Positions 47,969-58,290 are shown, numbered from the stretch's first letter. The stretch is 64,000 nucleotides of DNA from an uncultured virus (IMG/VR IMGVR_UViG_3300020050_008099) (IMGVR_UViG_3300020050_008099); one strand, 5' to 3'. The notes: generated from the letters alone by a model not told the origin. Numbers and translations are program-made.

Positions 47969-50027
47969 TCACAGCCCCTGTATTTGCGCTAAAACCAGAT
48001 TCTCCGGGTGTTGGGACAGTTCCTGTGCCCATCATACCTCCACCAGAACCTTGTGTATCACCAACCTGCGCTCCGGGAGGAGGGGCTTGTTGTGAACCAC
48101 CAGCGGGGGGCATAAAACTCTTAAGCATTTCAGCTTGAAGAGCTGCATCAGCAAGGGAGTTTGTAACCTTATCCTCGTCCAGATCAAGGGCCTTTGCAAT
48201 TTCTCTGACAATAATATCAAGCTTTGCAAAAGGTGCAAGAATTGGGTTAGAAACAACCCCCAAGAATTGCATGAGACGTTGGCTTCTGACTTCATTAGCC
48301 ATTAAGCTTTCTGTGCCACGAGCAGAAACCTCAAGATCACCTTTGATTTCTGGGTCATAATCAAACTGCATATTGAATGCAAAGAAAGATTTCCCAATAG
48401 GAGCAAGCAAATAGTCGTCAAGGTTTTTAACAACTGTCCTGATGCTACCATTAGCAGCATTCATTAGCATAGAGATGCCAGAAGCTGTTCTACCAACCCC
48501 TTGAATACCTGTTTGCCCATAAGAGTAAGAAGGAAGGCCCGTACTTTCATCTGCTAAAACACGAGCTTTGTCAAACAGAGCTAAGTTTTGTTGAGCCACA
48601 TTTGGATATTCAGTCGCAAAAAGAGCTTGTCCGGGAGCACCAGCTTGCCTACGAATAACCTTGCCGGGGTACATTTTCAAGTCTTGTCCGGGGACAAGGT
48701 TAGTCTCGTCTACTTCAAAGACAAGGTTGCCAGAAAGCGCAGCATTATCCACTGCCATACGCATAAAGCCATTCATCAGCATTTGCGTGTCTTCCATATT
48801 TTCAGCAACACCTACACCAAAGAAGCTGTAAGGGTTCATCTCATATGGGGCAGCATGATAAGGAATACGAGCTGGGTGAAAAGGGTTAATTACACAACGA
48901 AGAACTCGATTATTGCAAACCCAAATATTTGCGCTGACAATCTTATCGTCTTTGATTGCTTTATCTAGCTTAACACCACGTTCACGAAGGAAACGGGCTT
49001 CTACATATCCCCAATATTCTAAAACTTCCCAACGTTCTACATCAGGATGGTTTACACCATCTTCCATGTAGCTTTCCCAATATTCACGAACGTAGTTGGC
49101 CCCCATATCAATGGCGTCTTCAACTTCTTCATCCCTAAACATAGGTCTTTTAGAAAGGTCTTTCAAATCACGTCTCGACATCTTATGTCGTTCGATAATG
49201 TATTCAGCTTGATCCATGTTAATGGCATCAGGGTCTGGATAAAAATTCCAGATAGAGACATGAGAAAGTGTGGGAACAGTTTTGAAGATTGGTTTATATT
49301 CTCCGCCATCCTCCCACTTAGGGTATTCTTTATTAAGGGCTAGAGGGCCTTTAACAATACCTGTACCAAACAGTGCACACTCAAAAGCCGAAGAACGAAG
49401 ATGTTTAGAAGCCCCACACTCATCGAGTTGGTCTTTGATTTTCTTTTCCATCTTTTTGGCAGCAATATGTGCCGGATGGAAAGTCACAGCCGTAGGACTT
49501 GTTCCGGGGCCAAGAACTAATTTATCTGAGACAGGAGCTAGTTTTTCTTTTAACGGGCCTGTAAGATTATGTACTGTTGAGCCGGGCTTTAAACTAGGTC
49601 CATCTTTAGTTCCAAAGGGACTAACAGGGGCTGAATTAGCTCCTGCTGGATTTTGCGGGTCAAAATGCACATTATCTGCGACACCCTCGGGTAATTTAGT
49701 TTGGTCTACTGCAATGGGGAATTCCCCGCCACCAAAAAGAACCTCTACAATTTGTCCGTAAGCGGCTAAAACTTTTGTCTTGGTTACCTTTACAAAAACC
49801 CTAGATTTCTCTGTATCTGTGAAAGCTAATGAAGGATCATACAACCCTCTATAGTTTCTATAAGACAACAGAAATCGTTGTTCATCTGCGTATTTCTTTA
49901 ATTTTGCTCTAAGAAAACGCTCCTCTACAAAAGAGGCGAGTTCGTCATAGGGTTTGGAATCATCTTCAAGAGATTCTGCATCTACATTCTCAGAGAGATA
50001 TTCACTTTGAAGCTGTTCTTCGTCCAT
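47955..50027 (-). CDS. Portal protein
   Basis: YRNYRG; VKVTKTKVLAAYGQ; FGTGIVKGP; RTASGISML. Confidence 0.9.
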   Translation of the reverse strand: MDEEQLQSEYLSENVDAESLEDDSKPYDELASFVEERFLRAKLKKYADEQRFLLSYRNYRGLYDPSLAFTDTEKSRVFVKVTKTKVLAAYGQIVEVLFGGGEFPIAVDQTKLPEGVADNVHFDPQNPAGANSAPVSPFGTKDGPSLKPGSTVHNLTGPLKEKLAPVSDKLVLGPGTSPTAVTFHPAHIAAKKMEKKIKDQLDECGASKHLRSSAFECALFGTGIVKGPLALNKEYPKWEDGGEYKPIFKTVPTLSHVSIWNFYPDPDAINMDQAEYIIERHKMSRRDLKDLSKRPMFRDEEVEDAIDMGANYVREYWESYMEDGVNHPDVERWEVLEYWGYVEARFLRERGVKLDKAIKDDKIVSANIWVCNNRVLRCVINPFHPARIPYHAAPYEMNPYSFFGVGVAENMEDTQMLMNGFMRMAVDNAALSGNLVFEVDETNLVPGQDLKMYPGKVIRRQAGAPGQALFATEYPNVAQQNLALFDKARVLADESTGLPSYSYGQTGIQGVGRTASGISMLMNAANGSIRTVVKNLDDYLLAPIGKSFFAFNMQFDYDPEIKGDLEVSARGTESLMANEVRSQRLMQFLGVVSNPILAPFAKLDIIVREIAKALDLDEDKVTNSLADAALQAEMLKSFMPPAGGSQQAPPPGAQVGDTQGSGGGMMGTGTVPTPGESGFSANTGAVSGIS

Positions 50028-50042
50028 ATTTCTTCCTGTGTA

Positions 50043-51602
50043 TTAGTAACCCAAAACCGGGTCAAAAGGTTCGTAAGATTTTTGACTTCTAATATCAATA
50101 TCCCAAATACTTGATCTAGGACGAGACATACAACCATAACGAATAGCGTCGTAAATGTGGTCTTCTGACTTAGTATCAACATCTTCTGGGTTGTTTTTGT
50201 CAAGTGGGATTACTGGCAACTGCGCAATTGCATGTGTACAAGTGTTAAAAAAGACAAGCCCCGGTTCCCCAGTGTAATCATCTACTTGAAGTCTTTTATG
50301 AACTTGGTTTTTACCACTAATTCTAGCACCACGGCTTCGGTCAGAAGGTCTCCAACGACATCCTCTTGCAATCATACGTTCTGCAATAGAGGGTCCAGTA
50401 TCACCTCTTTGATGCCAGCAAGAGCTGTCAAGAACACCATAAGAGATTGGACCATCATCCTCTTCTAAATAAAGGATTATGTCTGCTAAGTCTTCTGCCA
50501 AAACTTTGTGTACGTACAATTCACGATAGACTATTAATTGGTCTTCTTCGTCTACAGCAAACCAAATAACTGCAGAGTGACTTCCATAACCATAGTCACA
50601 AGCTCTGAAACGTCTCCACTGTCTAGGGATGTCAAAAGGTTCTACTACGTGAACGTTTCTGTTAAATTCAGGGAAAGCATTCCCTTCAATAACATCCCAA
50701 TCTCCGTCAAGGAGTTTCCTACGTTCTGCCTCTCCAAGAGAGAGTAGGTTTGCCTCATAATCGCCAGAATCATACAAATAAGGGTTGTCAGAAAGTTTTG
50801 CCGGGATAAAACGTCTTTTAAAGAGGGGCTGACCCTCCTTAGAATGACCTTTTGGTCTTTTTAAAACTTCCCCTGTTTCAATGTCAGTCGCCCAAAAAGC
50901 TTTTCCCCAAGGTGCGGGGTCAACGAACATTTTTTTAACCCAGTTGTGGCCCGGACCTCCGGGGTTAGTCGTAGCCCGCATATACAGCTTTAAATCTGTA
51001 GCGGTAGTTCTAAGACGAGAACGCATATAGTTCCACGTAAAAGGTGTCGGCCACTGGGTCAACTCATCAAAAGCAATGTACGTAAATGCTTGCCCTTGGT
51101 AACGAGAAACGTCTTGGTCTCTTTCAAGATATGACATCCACAATGTAGCACCAGAAGGGGCTGTCCATTGCATTTTTCGTTCAGACCAAGTAATTCCCGG
51201 ATAAGCTCTGGGGTAGAGTTCTTGGCTTTTCTGCACAAGTTCCCTTAATTCTTCAGTTGTTCTTCGGACAATTAGCCCTCTAAACTGCGGATGGGTCATA
51301 TCTCTGAGTGCATCCGCTAAAATAGCGTAAGATTTACCACCCCCAGCGGCACCACCATACAAGACTTCTCGCTCATTTGCTGCAAGAAAGGTTGTTTGTG
51401 GGCCGGGGTTTGGTTTAAAAATCACATCTTTCTCAGCAATCTCCTCTGAGAAGACGTATTCAGGCAGAATCTCCATCGTCGGTTTGGGTGATTTTGGCTC
51501 CGATGTGGTCTTCTTCGAGCTGACGGATTTTTTCTTCGATCTTTTTGGTCCGTTCGGCCCAGTGTTTAAGAGAAGTTGCTCTTCGTTGCCTAGTTCGTTC
51601 AC
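50043..51602 (-). CDS. terL: Terminase large subunit (likely start ATG 51476)
   Basis: YGGAAGGGKS; FDELT; TTNPGG; DYGY; DHIYDAIRY. Confidence 0.93.
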   Translation of the reverse strand: MNELGNEEQLLLNTGPNGPKRSKKKSVSSKKTTSEPKSPKPTMEILPEYVFSEEIAEKDVIFKPNPGPQTTFLAANEREVLYGGAAGGGKSYAILADALRDMTHPQFRGLIVRRTTEELRELVQKSQELYPRAYPGITWSERKMQWTAPSGATLWMSYLERDQDVSRYQGQAFTYIAFDELTQWPTPFTWNYMRSRLRTTATDLKLYMRATTNPGGPGHNWVKKMFVDPAPWGKAFWATDIETGEVLKRPKGHSKEGQPLFKRRFIPAKLSDNPYLYDSGDYEANLLSLGEAERRKLLDGDWDVIEGNAFPEFNRNVHVVEPFDIPRQWRRFRACDYGYGSHSAVIWFAVDEEDQLIVYRELYVHKVLAEDLADIILYLEEDDGPISYGVLDSSCWHQRGDTGPSIAERMIARGCRWRPSDRSRGARISGKNQVHKRLQVDDYTGEPGLVFFNTCTHAIAQLPVIPLDKNNPEDVDTKSEDHIYDAIRYGCMSRPRSSIWDIDIRSQKSYEPFDPVLGY

Positions 51603-51837
51603 TTGCTAACCTTTTTCTTAAGCCTTCGTTAGAAATATACCTTCCGGTAATGTCAGTTAGCCAATTAGCTACTTCTCTTAACGAAAAACTTTTTACATGT
51701 TGTCTGGCTTTTTCTAAAGCCTCTAACTCAAAAGGGATTGGCAGGAGAATATCTGGGTCTTCTGGGTCTTCTTTGTAGCCAAAAGGGATTGTCCTAGAGA
51801 TACGAGGGATTTTAAACCACTTCGTGTCTTCTGCCAT
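51460..51837 (-). CDS. HTH/recombinase-like protein upstream of terL
   Basis: RTIPFGY; SLREVANWL; GRYISNEGLRKR. Confidence 0.65.
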   Translation of the reverse strand: MAEDTKWFKIPRISRTIPFGYKEDPEDPDILLPIPFELEALEKARQHVKSFSLREVANWLTDITGRYISNEGLRKRLASERTRQRRATSLKHWAERTKKIEEKIRQLEEDHIGAKITQTDDGDSA

Positions 51838-52296
51838 CTATTTACTCCAACTTAAGATTTTATCACACCAACCCAAAAGATCATCCTTATCTCTGTCAAG
51901 TTTCATGATATTAACTCTACGACAAACAAGCTGGATATTTCCCTCTTCGTAACCAAGGTCAGAGTTAATACGATCTATAGAGATATTAGTATCTATTTTA
52001 CCTTGTCCACAAGTGTACGTCATTTTGACGCCAGAAATAGCACATAGTCCTTCTTGTGTGTTGTAAACAGATTTCAGATAGTCTAAAGTTAAGTGCCTAC
52101 GTTCGGACTTTTTAACACACAAAGATTTTAAAAAATTTTCTACAGACCGTCCCCTATGAACAACACTGTACTTATGTTTATACACATATTTTGTTCTATA
52201 AGAAACACCACAAGTTTTACCACAAAAAATTTGAGTTTTTCTGCTTGGATTTTGTATAAACACTTTAGAGCAATATTTACACTCTTTTTCTTGCAT
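51838..52296 (-). CDS. Zn-finger HNH-type (homing) endonuclease
   Basis: CKYC...FCGKTC; QEGLCAISG; SIDRINSDLGY...NIQLVC...N. Confidence 0.8.
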   Translation of the reverse strand: MQEKECKYCSKVFIQNPSRKTQIFCGKTCGVSYRTKYVYKHKYSVVHRGRSVENFLKSLCVKKSERRHLTLDYLKSVYNTQEGLCAISGVKMTYTCGQGKIDTNISIDRINSDLGYEEGNIQLVCRRVNIMKLDRDKDDLLGWCDKILSWSK

Positions 52297-52297
52297 A

Positions 52298-52548
52298 CTA
52301 GGACCGTTTAGGTTGGCGTCTGCGATTTACTGCCCTCGAAACAATTCTGAGATTAGAGGGGGAATTATCACGGGGCCGAAAATTTTTGTGGTCAATTTCT
52401 TTACCGTCGCCTTTATGAACCTTGCCAGATTTCATGGCCTCTCGTCTTGCTTTATTACGAGCAGCACGATCTTTTTTACCTTTTTCGGTTCCGTGAGTTG
52501 CTTGGTATTCTTTTCGAGCTACTGATAGTCGCGCTTACGCTCGGCCAT
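52298..52548 (-). pseudogene. Small HNH protein disrupted by an 8-nt insertion
   Basis: MAERKRDY[CAGTAGCT]RKEYQATHG...RAARNKARR...GDGKEIDH...NSPSNLRIVS...NR; removing the 8 nt gives 81 codons. Confidence 0.7.
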
Positions 52549-53179
52549 CTCTTACCTCCAATCTCTCTGGGTTATTGTTAGCAACTGCTCGACAAATTTC
52601 AATAAACTTATCAAGTGGTATATCGGACCTCCAAGAGTTTACGGCCCGACACACAAGTTGTATATTATCAGTCGTATAAGATTGGCCTGCATTAACTCTA
52701 TCTACAGAAGCATTAGACCAATATTTAGTTCCGTTAGTCAATAAACAAGTTAAGGGAAGGCCACTAATAGCACACTTACCACCTTGTTTGTGTAGTAGGG
52801 CTAGTAGGTCATCTCTCTTAAGACCGTCCCTTTTCCTCCCAGACGAGTATAGTAGTCGAGAAAGATACCTAGACCAATTACCAGATATGTTTTCATACTG
52901 ACTTTCCGTCGTCACAGAATCTGTAACGTATTTCCAACGGCCTTTGCAAGAGGGATTACAAAATTTTTGTTTTGTAGTTTTTGCGTTAAAAATTCTCTGA
53001 CAAACAGGGCAAGTTTTTTCCTCTTTAGGGAGGGTTAACTGAGCATCTAATCTCGCTTGACAAGCTTCTTTATAGGTTTCAAAAACACCAAGATGTGTTT
53101 TTACACCCTTGTAAGACACAAAAGCAGCCCATTTTTTGCCTTTTGAGAAGACCCCTGCCACACGTTCTTTACTTGGCAA
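52535..53179 (-). CDS. AP2 + Zn-finger + HNH-type homing endonuclease
   Basis: HLGVFETYKEA; CPVC...FCNPSC; QGGKCAISG; SVDRV...NIQLVC. Confidence 0.8.
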   Translation of the reverse strand: MPSKERVAGVFSKGKKWAAFVSYKGVKTHLGVFETYKEACQARLDAQLTLPKEEKTCPVCQRIFNAKTTKQKFCNPSCKGRWKYVTDSVTTESQYENISGNWSRYLSRLLYSSGRKRDGLKRDDLLALLHKQGGKCAISGLPLTCLLTNGTKYWSNASVDRVNAGQSYTTDNIQLVCRAVNSWRSDIPLDKFIEICRAVANNNPERLEVRDGRA

Positions 53180-53181
53180 GG

Positions 53182-53541
53182 TTATTCCCCCTCTTTTGCG
53201 GGGAGGATGAAGATTCCATTACTTGTAATGTCAATCTTTTCTGTTTTAACTACCCCAGCTCTGTCTAACACCTCTTTAGAGGCTGCTAGAATCTCTTTAT
53301 TTCCAAGAGCCATAGGTGTGTCTAAAATACCCACCATTTTTACAGCAGCTTTAGGACCATTTCTGGCAATGAAGTCTTTTGTCGCTTCAATAATCTCGTC
53401 TTGTAAGACTTTTACAAGCTGTGTAGTTGGGTAGGTGTCTGAGTAACCAGCAAGTCTTTTTGCTTCTACCACATTTCCGGCAGCTTGGTCAAACAGAACC
53501 TCTAAAAATAGTTTTTGCTGGTCACTCAGTTTTCTTGTCAT
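53182..53541 (-). CDS. Terminase small subunit-like protein
   Basis: LSDQQKLFL...EAKRLAGYS; EVLDRAG; IFILP. Confidence 0.7.
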   Translation of the reverse strand: MTRKLSDQQKLFLEVLFDQAAGNVVEAKRLAGYSDTYPTTQLVKVLQDEIIEATKDFIARNGPKAAVKMVGILDTPMALGNKEILAASKEVLDRAGVVKTEKIDITSNGIFILPAKEGE

Positions 53542-54146
53542 TTTTTGTACTTTAACAAACGAGCCTTAGCAGCAGCTCTTTTAGCTGCGTCTTTTTCGGC
53601 CTCAAGCTTAGGATTAGTTCCATTAAGGATAGCTCTTCCAAGAGCGGCACCGGGAACAGGGGTTTTGTTGACAGTGGCTTCATCAACCCTGTTAAGGGCT
53701 TTTGTTGCACGATCTGTAATAGCTTTAACACCTGCGTTCTTAACTGCAAGAGAGCGGCTACGCTGTGATTTGGAAGAGGGCGTAACACCTTGCTTAGGAA
53801 TGGGCATTGTTGCAACATCCCCTTTTTTATAACCTTTTGCAGCGTCTTTGGCTACGGGGGTTTTTGCTTTAGGCTTGCTAGCAGATTTTGTTGCTGGTGC
53901 AGCAGTGGGTTCGGGGGCTTTTAAGATATTTTTTACTTTATCCGAACCACTCCAAATTTTTCCATTTGCGTTATAACCGCCCACAGAACCACCACTTTTA
54001 TTTTGTACGGAATCGCCTTTAACGACGTATCCAGCAGCTTCTAAAGCTGCTTTTTGAGATTTTGAGATTTTAGCCATTTTTTCTCTTTCAATTTCAGGCT
54101 CAATGCCCATGTTCCGAAGCGCCGACTCGACCTGTTCTCGCTGCAC
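53538..54146 (-). CDS. Lys/Ala-rich basic protein
   Basis: Low-complexity K/A/P composition; start uncertain. Confidence 0.6.
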   Translation of the reverse strand: MQREQVESALRNMGIEPEIEREKMAKISKSQKAALEAAGYVVKGDSVQNKSGGSVGGYNANGKIWSGSDKVKNILKAPEPTAAPATKSASKPKAKTPVAKDAAKGYKKGDVATMPIPKQGVTPSSKSQRSRSLAVKNAGVKAITDRATKALNRVDEATVNKTPVPGAALGRAILNGTNPKLEAEKDAAKRAAAKARLLKYKK

Positions 54147-54162
54147 GATGAACCCCTGAATT

Positions 54163-54329
54163 TGGTGGAGCAGGAGGGTCGCGTGGTCCCCCTCTCACGG
54201 CTGCGTCTGCCTACCGCGCCCCCTTCCCGCTTGAGGCTGCCCCGAAGGTTCGGTTCCTCTTATTGAGCCACCGAAAAGCCGTCATCGTCCCTGCTTTCGC
54301 GCTATTGCCTGCCCGTGCCGTTCGGCCCC
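54163..54329 (-). ncRNA. Mini tmRNA/tRNA-Ala-like element
   Basis: GGGGCCG.../CTGCTCC-A-CCA with G3.U70; internal DDDGFSVAQ* frame. Confidence 0.4.
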
Positions 54330-54485
54330 GGACTCACGCTGGGGATGGACGCTCCCCGCTGCCTCAGTCGCGGTCCTTCCCCTTGACCCGGCAGTCGAGG
54401 AAGGGCGCGGCAGGGGCACCGGGGCTTGTGTAGAACGGCGTCACGCTGCCGGGTGCGATCTGGTCATAGTTGATGTTTTGGGTCA

Positions 54486-57197
54486 TCAGAACCACCTTCC
54501 GATTGCCGTGAGTGAAACAGTCCGATCAGCGGCTACCACTTCGCTGGTGATCGTTGTCGCATGCCAAAAACACCGCGTCGCGCTATCTGGATAGGCGTTA
54601 GCCCCAAACGCTGTGGAATTTCTGACCGACACAAGTACCGCAACCTCTGCTGATACAAAATTCGCCGGGTACGTCCAAAGTTGCCCGGGTGTGCGAAACC
54701 CGCCGTGAAGCGCCATTGTGCTGGCGAGGCTTTCGGTTTCCGTCTGCCAACAAATCTGGGTGCCGTCGGCGAAGCGGACGTACTCGCCTGCCCCCGTCAC
54801 TCCGCGCTGCACGATGCCGCCCGTCGGCACACCGCCGCTTTGGCTCACCGGAGCGACGATGTTGCCCTGATTGTAGACCATATGCCCGTCGGTCGCCGCT
54901 GCCGGAACGCCGTCCAGCACGCGCAGTTCCGACGCATTGGCCCAGAGCCGCACGTCGCCGTATTGGCGGGGGGCCACGAATGTGCCCAAGGCGTTGTCAC
55001 CGGCGGCGTCGATATCCCAGAGCGGCCCGTTGACCGCGCCGGATTGGGCCGATGTGCCCTTGAACACGCCCTTCATCATTCCCCAAAGGATGCGCGATGT
55101 AAGGCCGTTGATCGTGACCGATTGGGTATCCGCAGGAACTTCGCAGTGCTGGACAAACCAGCAGTTTGCGTAATGCTCGCCGACCGTCGTGTCGGTCAGG
55201 GTCAGGCTGTATCGCGGCCCGCCCATGACGATGACCGCCTCGTCCGGGGCGCAGGCGCAGACCTCCTGATGATACTGGTGGATCGTGTTGCTGCGGCAAT
55301 CGCTAATGATCGCGGGGCCGCTCTTGGTGAGGTAAACATCGTCGCCATGAATTTTGATCTGGGACAGATAGGCGTTGGTGCCCGCGCCAAGAAACAACCC
55401 GCCGCCGTAGTGCTGCTCGATCTGGATCGCGCTGAACTCGATATCGTTGACGGGCGGCCCAGGTTGATCGGCGTATTCTGCGGGCTGCGGGCCGCAGTGC
55501 AACGTCATCGAGGTGGTGAACACGCCGCTGGTGCTGCGGGTCGCCGCAACCGCAAGGCGCGCCGTCGATGCGTCGATTACTTCGGCGATGGTCGTGTGCA
55601 GGGTGCGGCCATCGTCCCCGGCGTTGACTAGCCAGACCATTCGGCCAACGTCGCCATCGTCCAGGACTTCCGCGTCCAGCGTGATTTCGTCCGACGCGGC
55701 GGTGCTGGTGAAGCGGGCCTGCGCGAAGTGGATCGCGGCGCTGGAACTTGACGCAAACGGCGCGGTTTCAAAGGTTCCCGTCGTGGCACTGGTGACGGTC
55801 GCAATCCTGTTCGCCATCCCCCTGCTGTCCGAAGAACTTTCGGGATAGGTCGGCACGGCCTTGGTCAGGATGATGGCCGCGCCCACGTCATCCGCCGAGA
55901 CCGTGCCGCTCGAAAGGGTGAAGTTCAGGCTGCTGGCGGTGATCGACGCAACCAGTTCATCGTCCCGGCGCAGGTACTGTGTGCCGCCCGACCCCAGCCG
56001 CATGTTATAACCGTCGCTGTTGAACGAACGCGTCAGGTAAAGCGCCGAGCCGCCGTAGTATGTGATGTTGAAATTTGCCAGCGTCCAGCCCAGGTTGTTG
56101 ACCCCGAGGATGCCATTCGATGTGTCTTTTGTCAGCGTGGAGTAGTAGCCCCTGGCTGTCCAGTTGCGCAGGATTACATCTTCGCTATCTTCGGTGGACC
56201 CCATCCAGTTAAATTTCATCCACCACTGATCGCAACCCATCCGTTCCCACCGGATTTCGCAGCCCTTATCGCTGTCGCCGTAGATGGTGATGCCACTGGC
56301 CGCAACAGTTTCGCCTTGAGTGAAATCCAATTCAGCGGAGCAGCGATAAATCTTGTCAACGTATCCAACTTTCGCCACGCGGGCGACGTAATCCGCCCAC
56401 TCCAACAGCGCCGGTGTGTCCAGCGCAACGTTGTTGCCGGGCGCGCCGAAATCTCCCGGCGTCACTACCCCGGCTGGCCTCCATTTCCGCCCGTTATTCG
56501 CCGTGATAGGCCCGTCCGCATCTGCCACCCAAACGCGCCCCTCAACTACAGCCGTGTTGACCGGTTCAGGCAGGTTGGCCGCAATAAAGCTTGCCCGTGT
56601 GTCAAAATCCGCCCGGTTGCCTTCATCAAACGGGATAGGCCGGGGCACCAGATAGGAGACACGATCACCGACGCGCAGCGCCTCGTTGAACGTCACCTCA
56701 TCGCCCGCGACGGTGTAACCAACACCGTAGGTCTCAAACACCCCGTTGCGCGTCAGGATAAGCTTGTGATTGCCCGGATCAAAGGCCAGCGGGAACACCG
56801 CGCCCGCCGTCTCGACTACGAAGCTGTGAACCTCGTTCAAGGCCATGCTGGCAAGGACGTCGGCGGCAGCGGCAGCTGCCAGCGCATCGTCAGCGGCGTC
56901 TCCGGCATAGCCCTGCGCTTCATCGCGGGCGGTTTCAGCCAGCAAGCGATCAGCCTCTGCGGCGGCGGCATCCAGCCCGGTTTGCACACGGTCCGCTGCG
57001 GTTGCCGTGCGGTCAAGGCCGGTCTGAACCCGGTCAGCGGCGGTGGCGGAAACATCAAGGCCGGTCTGCACCCGATCTGCGCCAGTGGCCGTCGCATCCG
57101 CGCCCGCCTTGGCCGCGTTAGCCTCTACATCCGAAAGGATGTTATTAATTTTTGACCTGACAGAAGCTCCGGTCTCACCATTCTCAATTTGTGTCAT
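54486..57197 (-). CDS. Tail spike / receptor-binding protein (possible depolymerase)
   Basis: Three ADRVQTGLD repeats; DFGAPGN..D beta-helix start; C-terminal YVRFADGTQICW...AIGRW; GC-rich. Confidence 0.8.
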   Translation of the reverse strand: MTQIENGETGASVRSKINNILSDVEANAAKAGADATATGADRVQTGLDVSATAADRVQTGLDRTATAADRVQTGLDAAAAEADRLLAETARDEAQGYAGDAADDALAAAAAADVLASMALNEVHSFVVETAGAVFPLAFDPGNHKLILTRNGVFETYGVGYTVAGDEVTFNEALRVGDRVSYLVPRPIPFDEGNRADFDTRASFIAANLPEPVNTAVVEGRVWVADADGPITANNGRKWRPAGVVTPGDFGAPGNNVALDTPALLEWADYVARVAKVGYVDKIYRCSAELDFTQGETVAASGITIYGDSDKGCEIRWERMGCDQWWMKFNWMGSTEDSEDVILRNWTARGYYSTLTKDTSNGILGVNNLGWTLANFNITYYGGSALYLTRSFNSDGYNMRLGSGGTQYLRRDDELVASITASSLNFTLSSGTVSADDVGAAIILTKAVPTYPESSSDSRGMANRIATVTSATTGTFETAPFASSSSAAIHFAQARFTSTAASDEITLDAEVLDDGDVGRMVWLVNAGDDGRTLHTTIAEVIDASTARLAVAATRSTSGVFTTSMTLHCGPQPAEYADQPGPPVNDIEFSAIQIEQHYGGGLFLGAGTNAYLSQIKIHGDDVYLTKSGPAIISDCRSNTIHQYHQEVCACAPDEAVIVMGGPRYSLTLTDTTVGEHYANCWFVQHCEVPADTQSVTINGLTSRILWGMMKGVFKGTSAQSGAVNGPLWDIDAAGDNALGTFVAPRQYGDVRLWANASELRVLDGVPAAATDGHMVYNQGNIVAPVSQSGGVPTGGIVQRGVTGAGEYVRFADGTQICWQTETESLASTMALHGGFRTPGQLWTYPANFVSAEVAVLVSVRNSTAFGANAYPDSATRCFWHATTITSEVVAADRTVSLTAIGRWF

Positions 57198-57200
57198 TAA

Positions 57201-57392
57201 TTAGTCTTCCCAAACATATTCATCATTCCAGCCCGTGTCATCACTCCAAATATGGTCTACCACCTTTGGAACATAAGCAGTTGTTCTGCTCACCCTTTGA
57301 TAAGAGGTCTTTAATGACAATCTCTCTGAATTGGAGAGGGTAACGGTTTTAGGAAATTCACCTAATTGATCAACGAAACAGCCCATAACCAA
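57201..57392 (-). CDS. Hypothetical protein
   Basis: Ends WSDDTGWNDEYVWED; precedes the spike gene. Confidence 0.55.
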   Translation of the reverse strand: MVMGCFVDQLGEFPKTVTLSNSERLSLKTSYQRVSRTTAYVPKVVDHIWSDDTGWNDEYVWED

Positions 57393-57656
57393 CCCTCATC
57401 AAATTCATCCTTACCTGTAAACTTTTGCAGGGGTGCGAAGCTTTTCCACTTTTCTAATTAATAGTTCCCACTGGTCTTTTGTGGGGGCGTCTTGCTTAAA
57501 CACGGTGAGAGCTTCTACAAACCCATCAAACCAATTTACAAATTCTGTTTGTGTCATCTAAATTCTTTCTGAGGGAATAAGCAAGTTTGCTACGGGCATC
57601 CGCCCAATCTAGTATATTTTATCGAAGTAAGCAGACTTTTCGCCACTCAAGAAATC

Positions 57657-57731
57657 TGGTGCTCTCACCCAGAGTTGAACTGAGTTCTACGGGTTACAAA
57701 TCCGTTGCATCACCTTCAATGCTTTAAGAGC
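57657..57731 (-). tRNA. tRNA-Thr(TGT)
   Basis: GCTCTTA/TGAGAGC-A-CCA; loop TTTGTAA; CTCAG-TTCAACT-CTGGG. Confidence 0.8.
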
Positions 57732-58206
57732 AAGTTCTTTATATTCCATATGGTTTCGTTACACTACACTCATATGTATTACTATTAATATTTCTTAATA
57801 TATTACTGGGGGCGTAACTAAGGTTTTTCTCTCAACCCCCTACCCCCAATACTATATGGCACTTTTTAGGGGTTTTGTTCCTTGAAAATAAAAAAATATT
57901 TTTTAACCCTCGTTTAAAATACTTTTTTGATCGAATATCGTCGAAGCAAAGCGTTGCTTCTCCTCTTACGTAAACAAGAGGACGAAAAAGGAAAGAGGGC
58001 TATATTTCTCAACCATAGCGAAGGAGCTTGGAGCCTTGTGTCGAAGTGGTTGTCAATGAAAAACCCATTTCTGTGGGAAAGTGTATATATAACAACGCCT
58101 TAACCCCCCTTGGCCCATACCCCCCATACCCCCTATGCCTGTTTGCATACATAATCCCGAGTGATTTAGTCGGGTATTTGACTACACCTCTCCCCTCTCC
58201 ACTGTA

Positions 58207-58290
58207 ATTCAACGTTAAACAATCCAGAGAAAACTAGTTTAGTGCTAAACAATCTGCCCTATCCGCCGATAGACTAGTTTAACATTAAAC
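58207..58290. promoter_or_regulatory. Three palindromic GTTTA-N4-TAAAC operator- or iteron-like sites
   Basis: 58207-58220 (imperfect), 58237-58250, 58277-58290. Confidence 0.55.

Noticed and set aside
54147..54800. Possible diversity-generating retroelement target at the spike C-terminus
   Set aside because: No reverse transcriptase and no template/variable repeat pair seen.
54681..57155. Long + strand ORFs (316 and 279 aa)
   Set aside because: Antisense to the GC-rich tail spike gene, where stop codons are naturally scarce.
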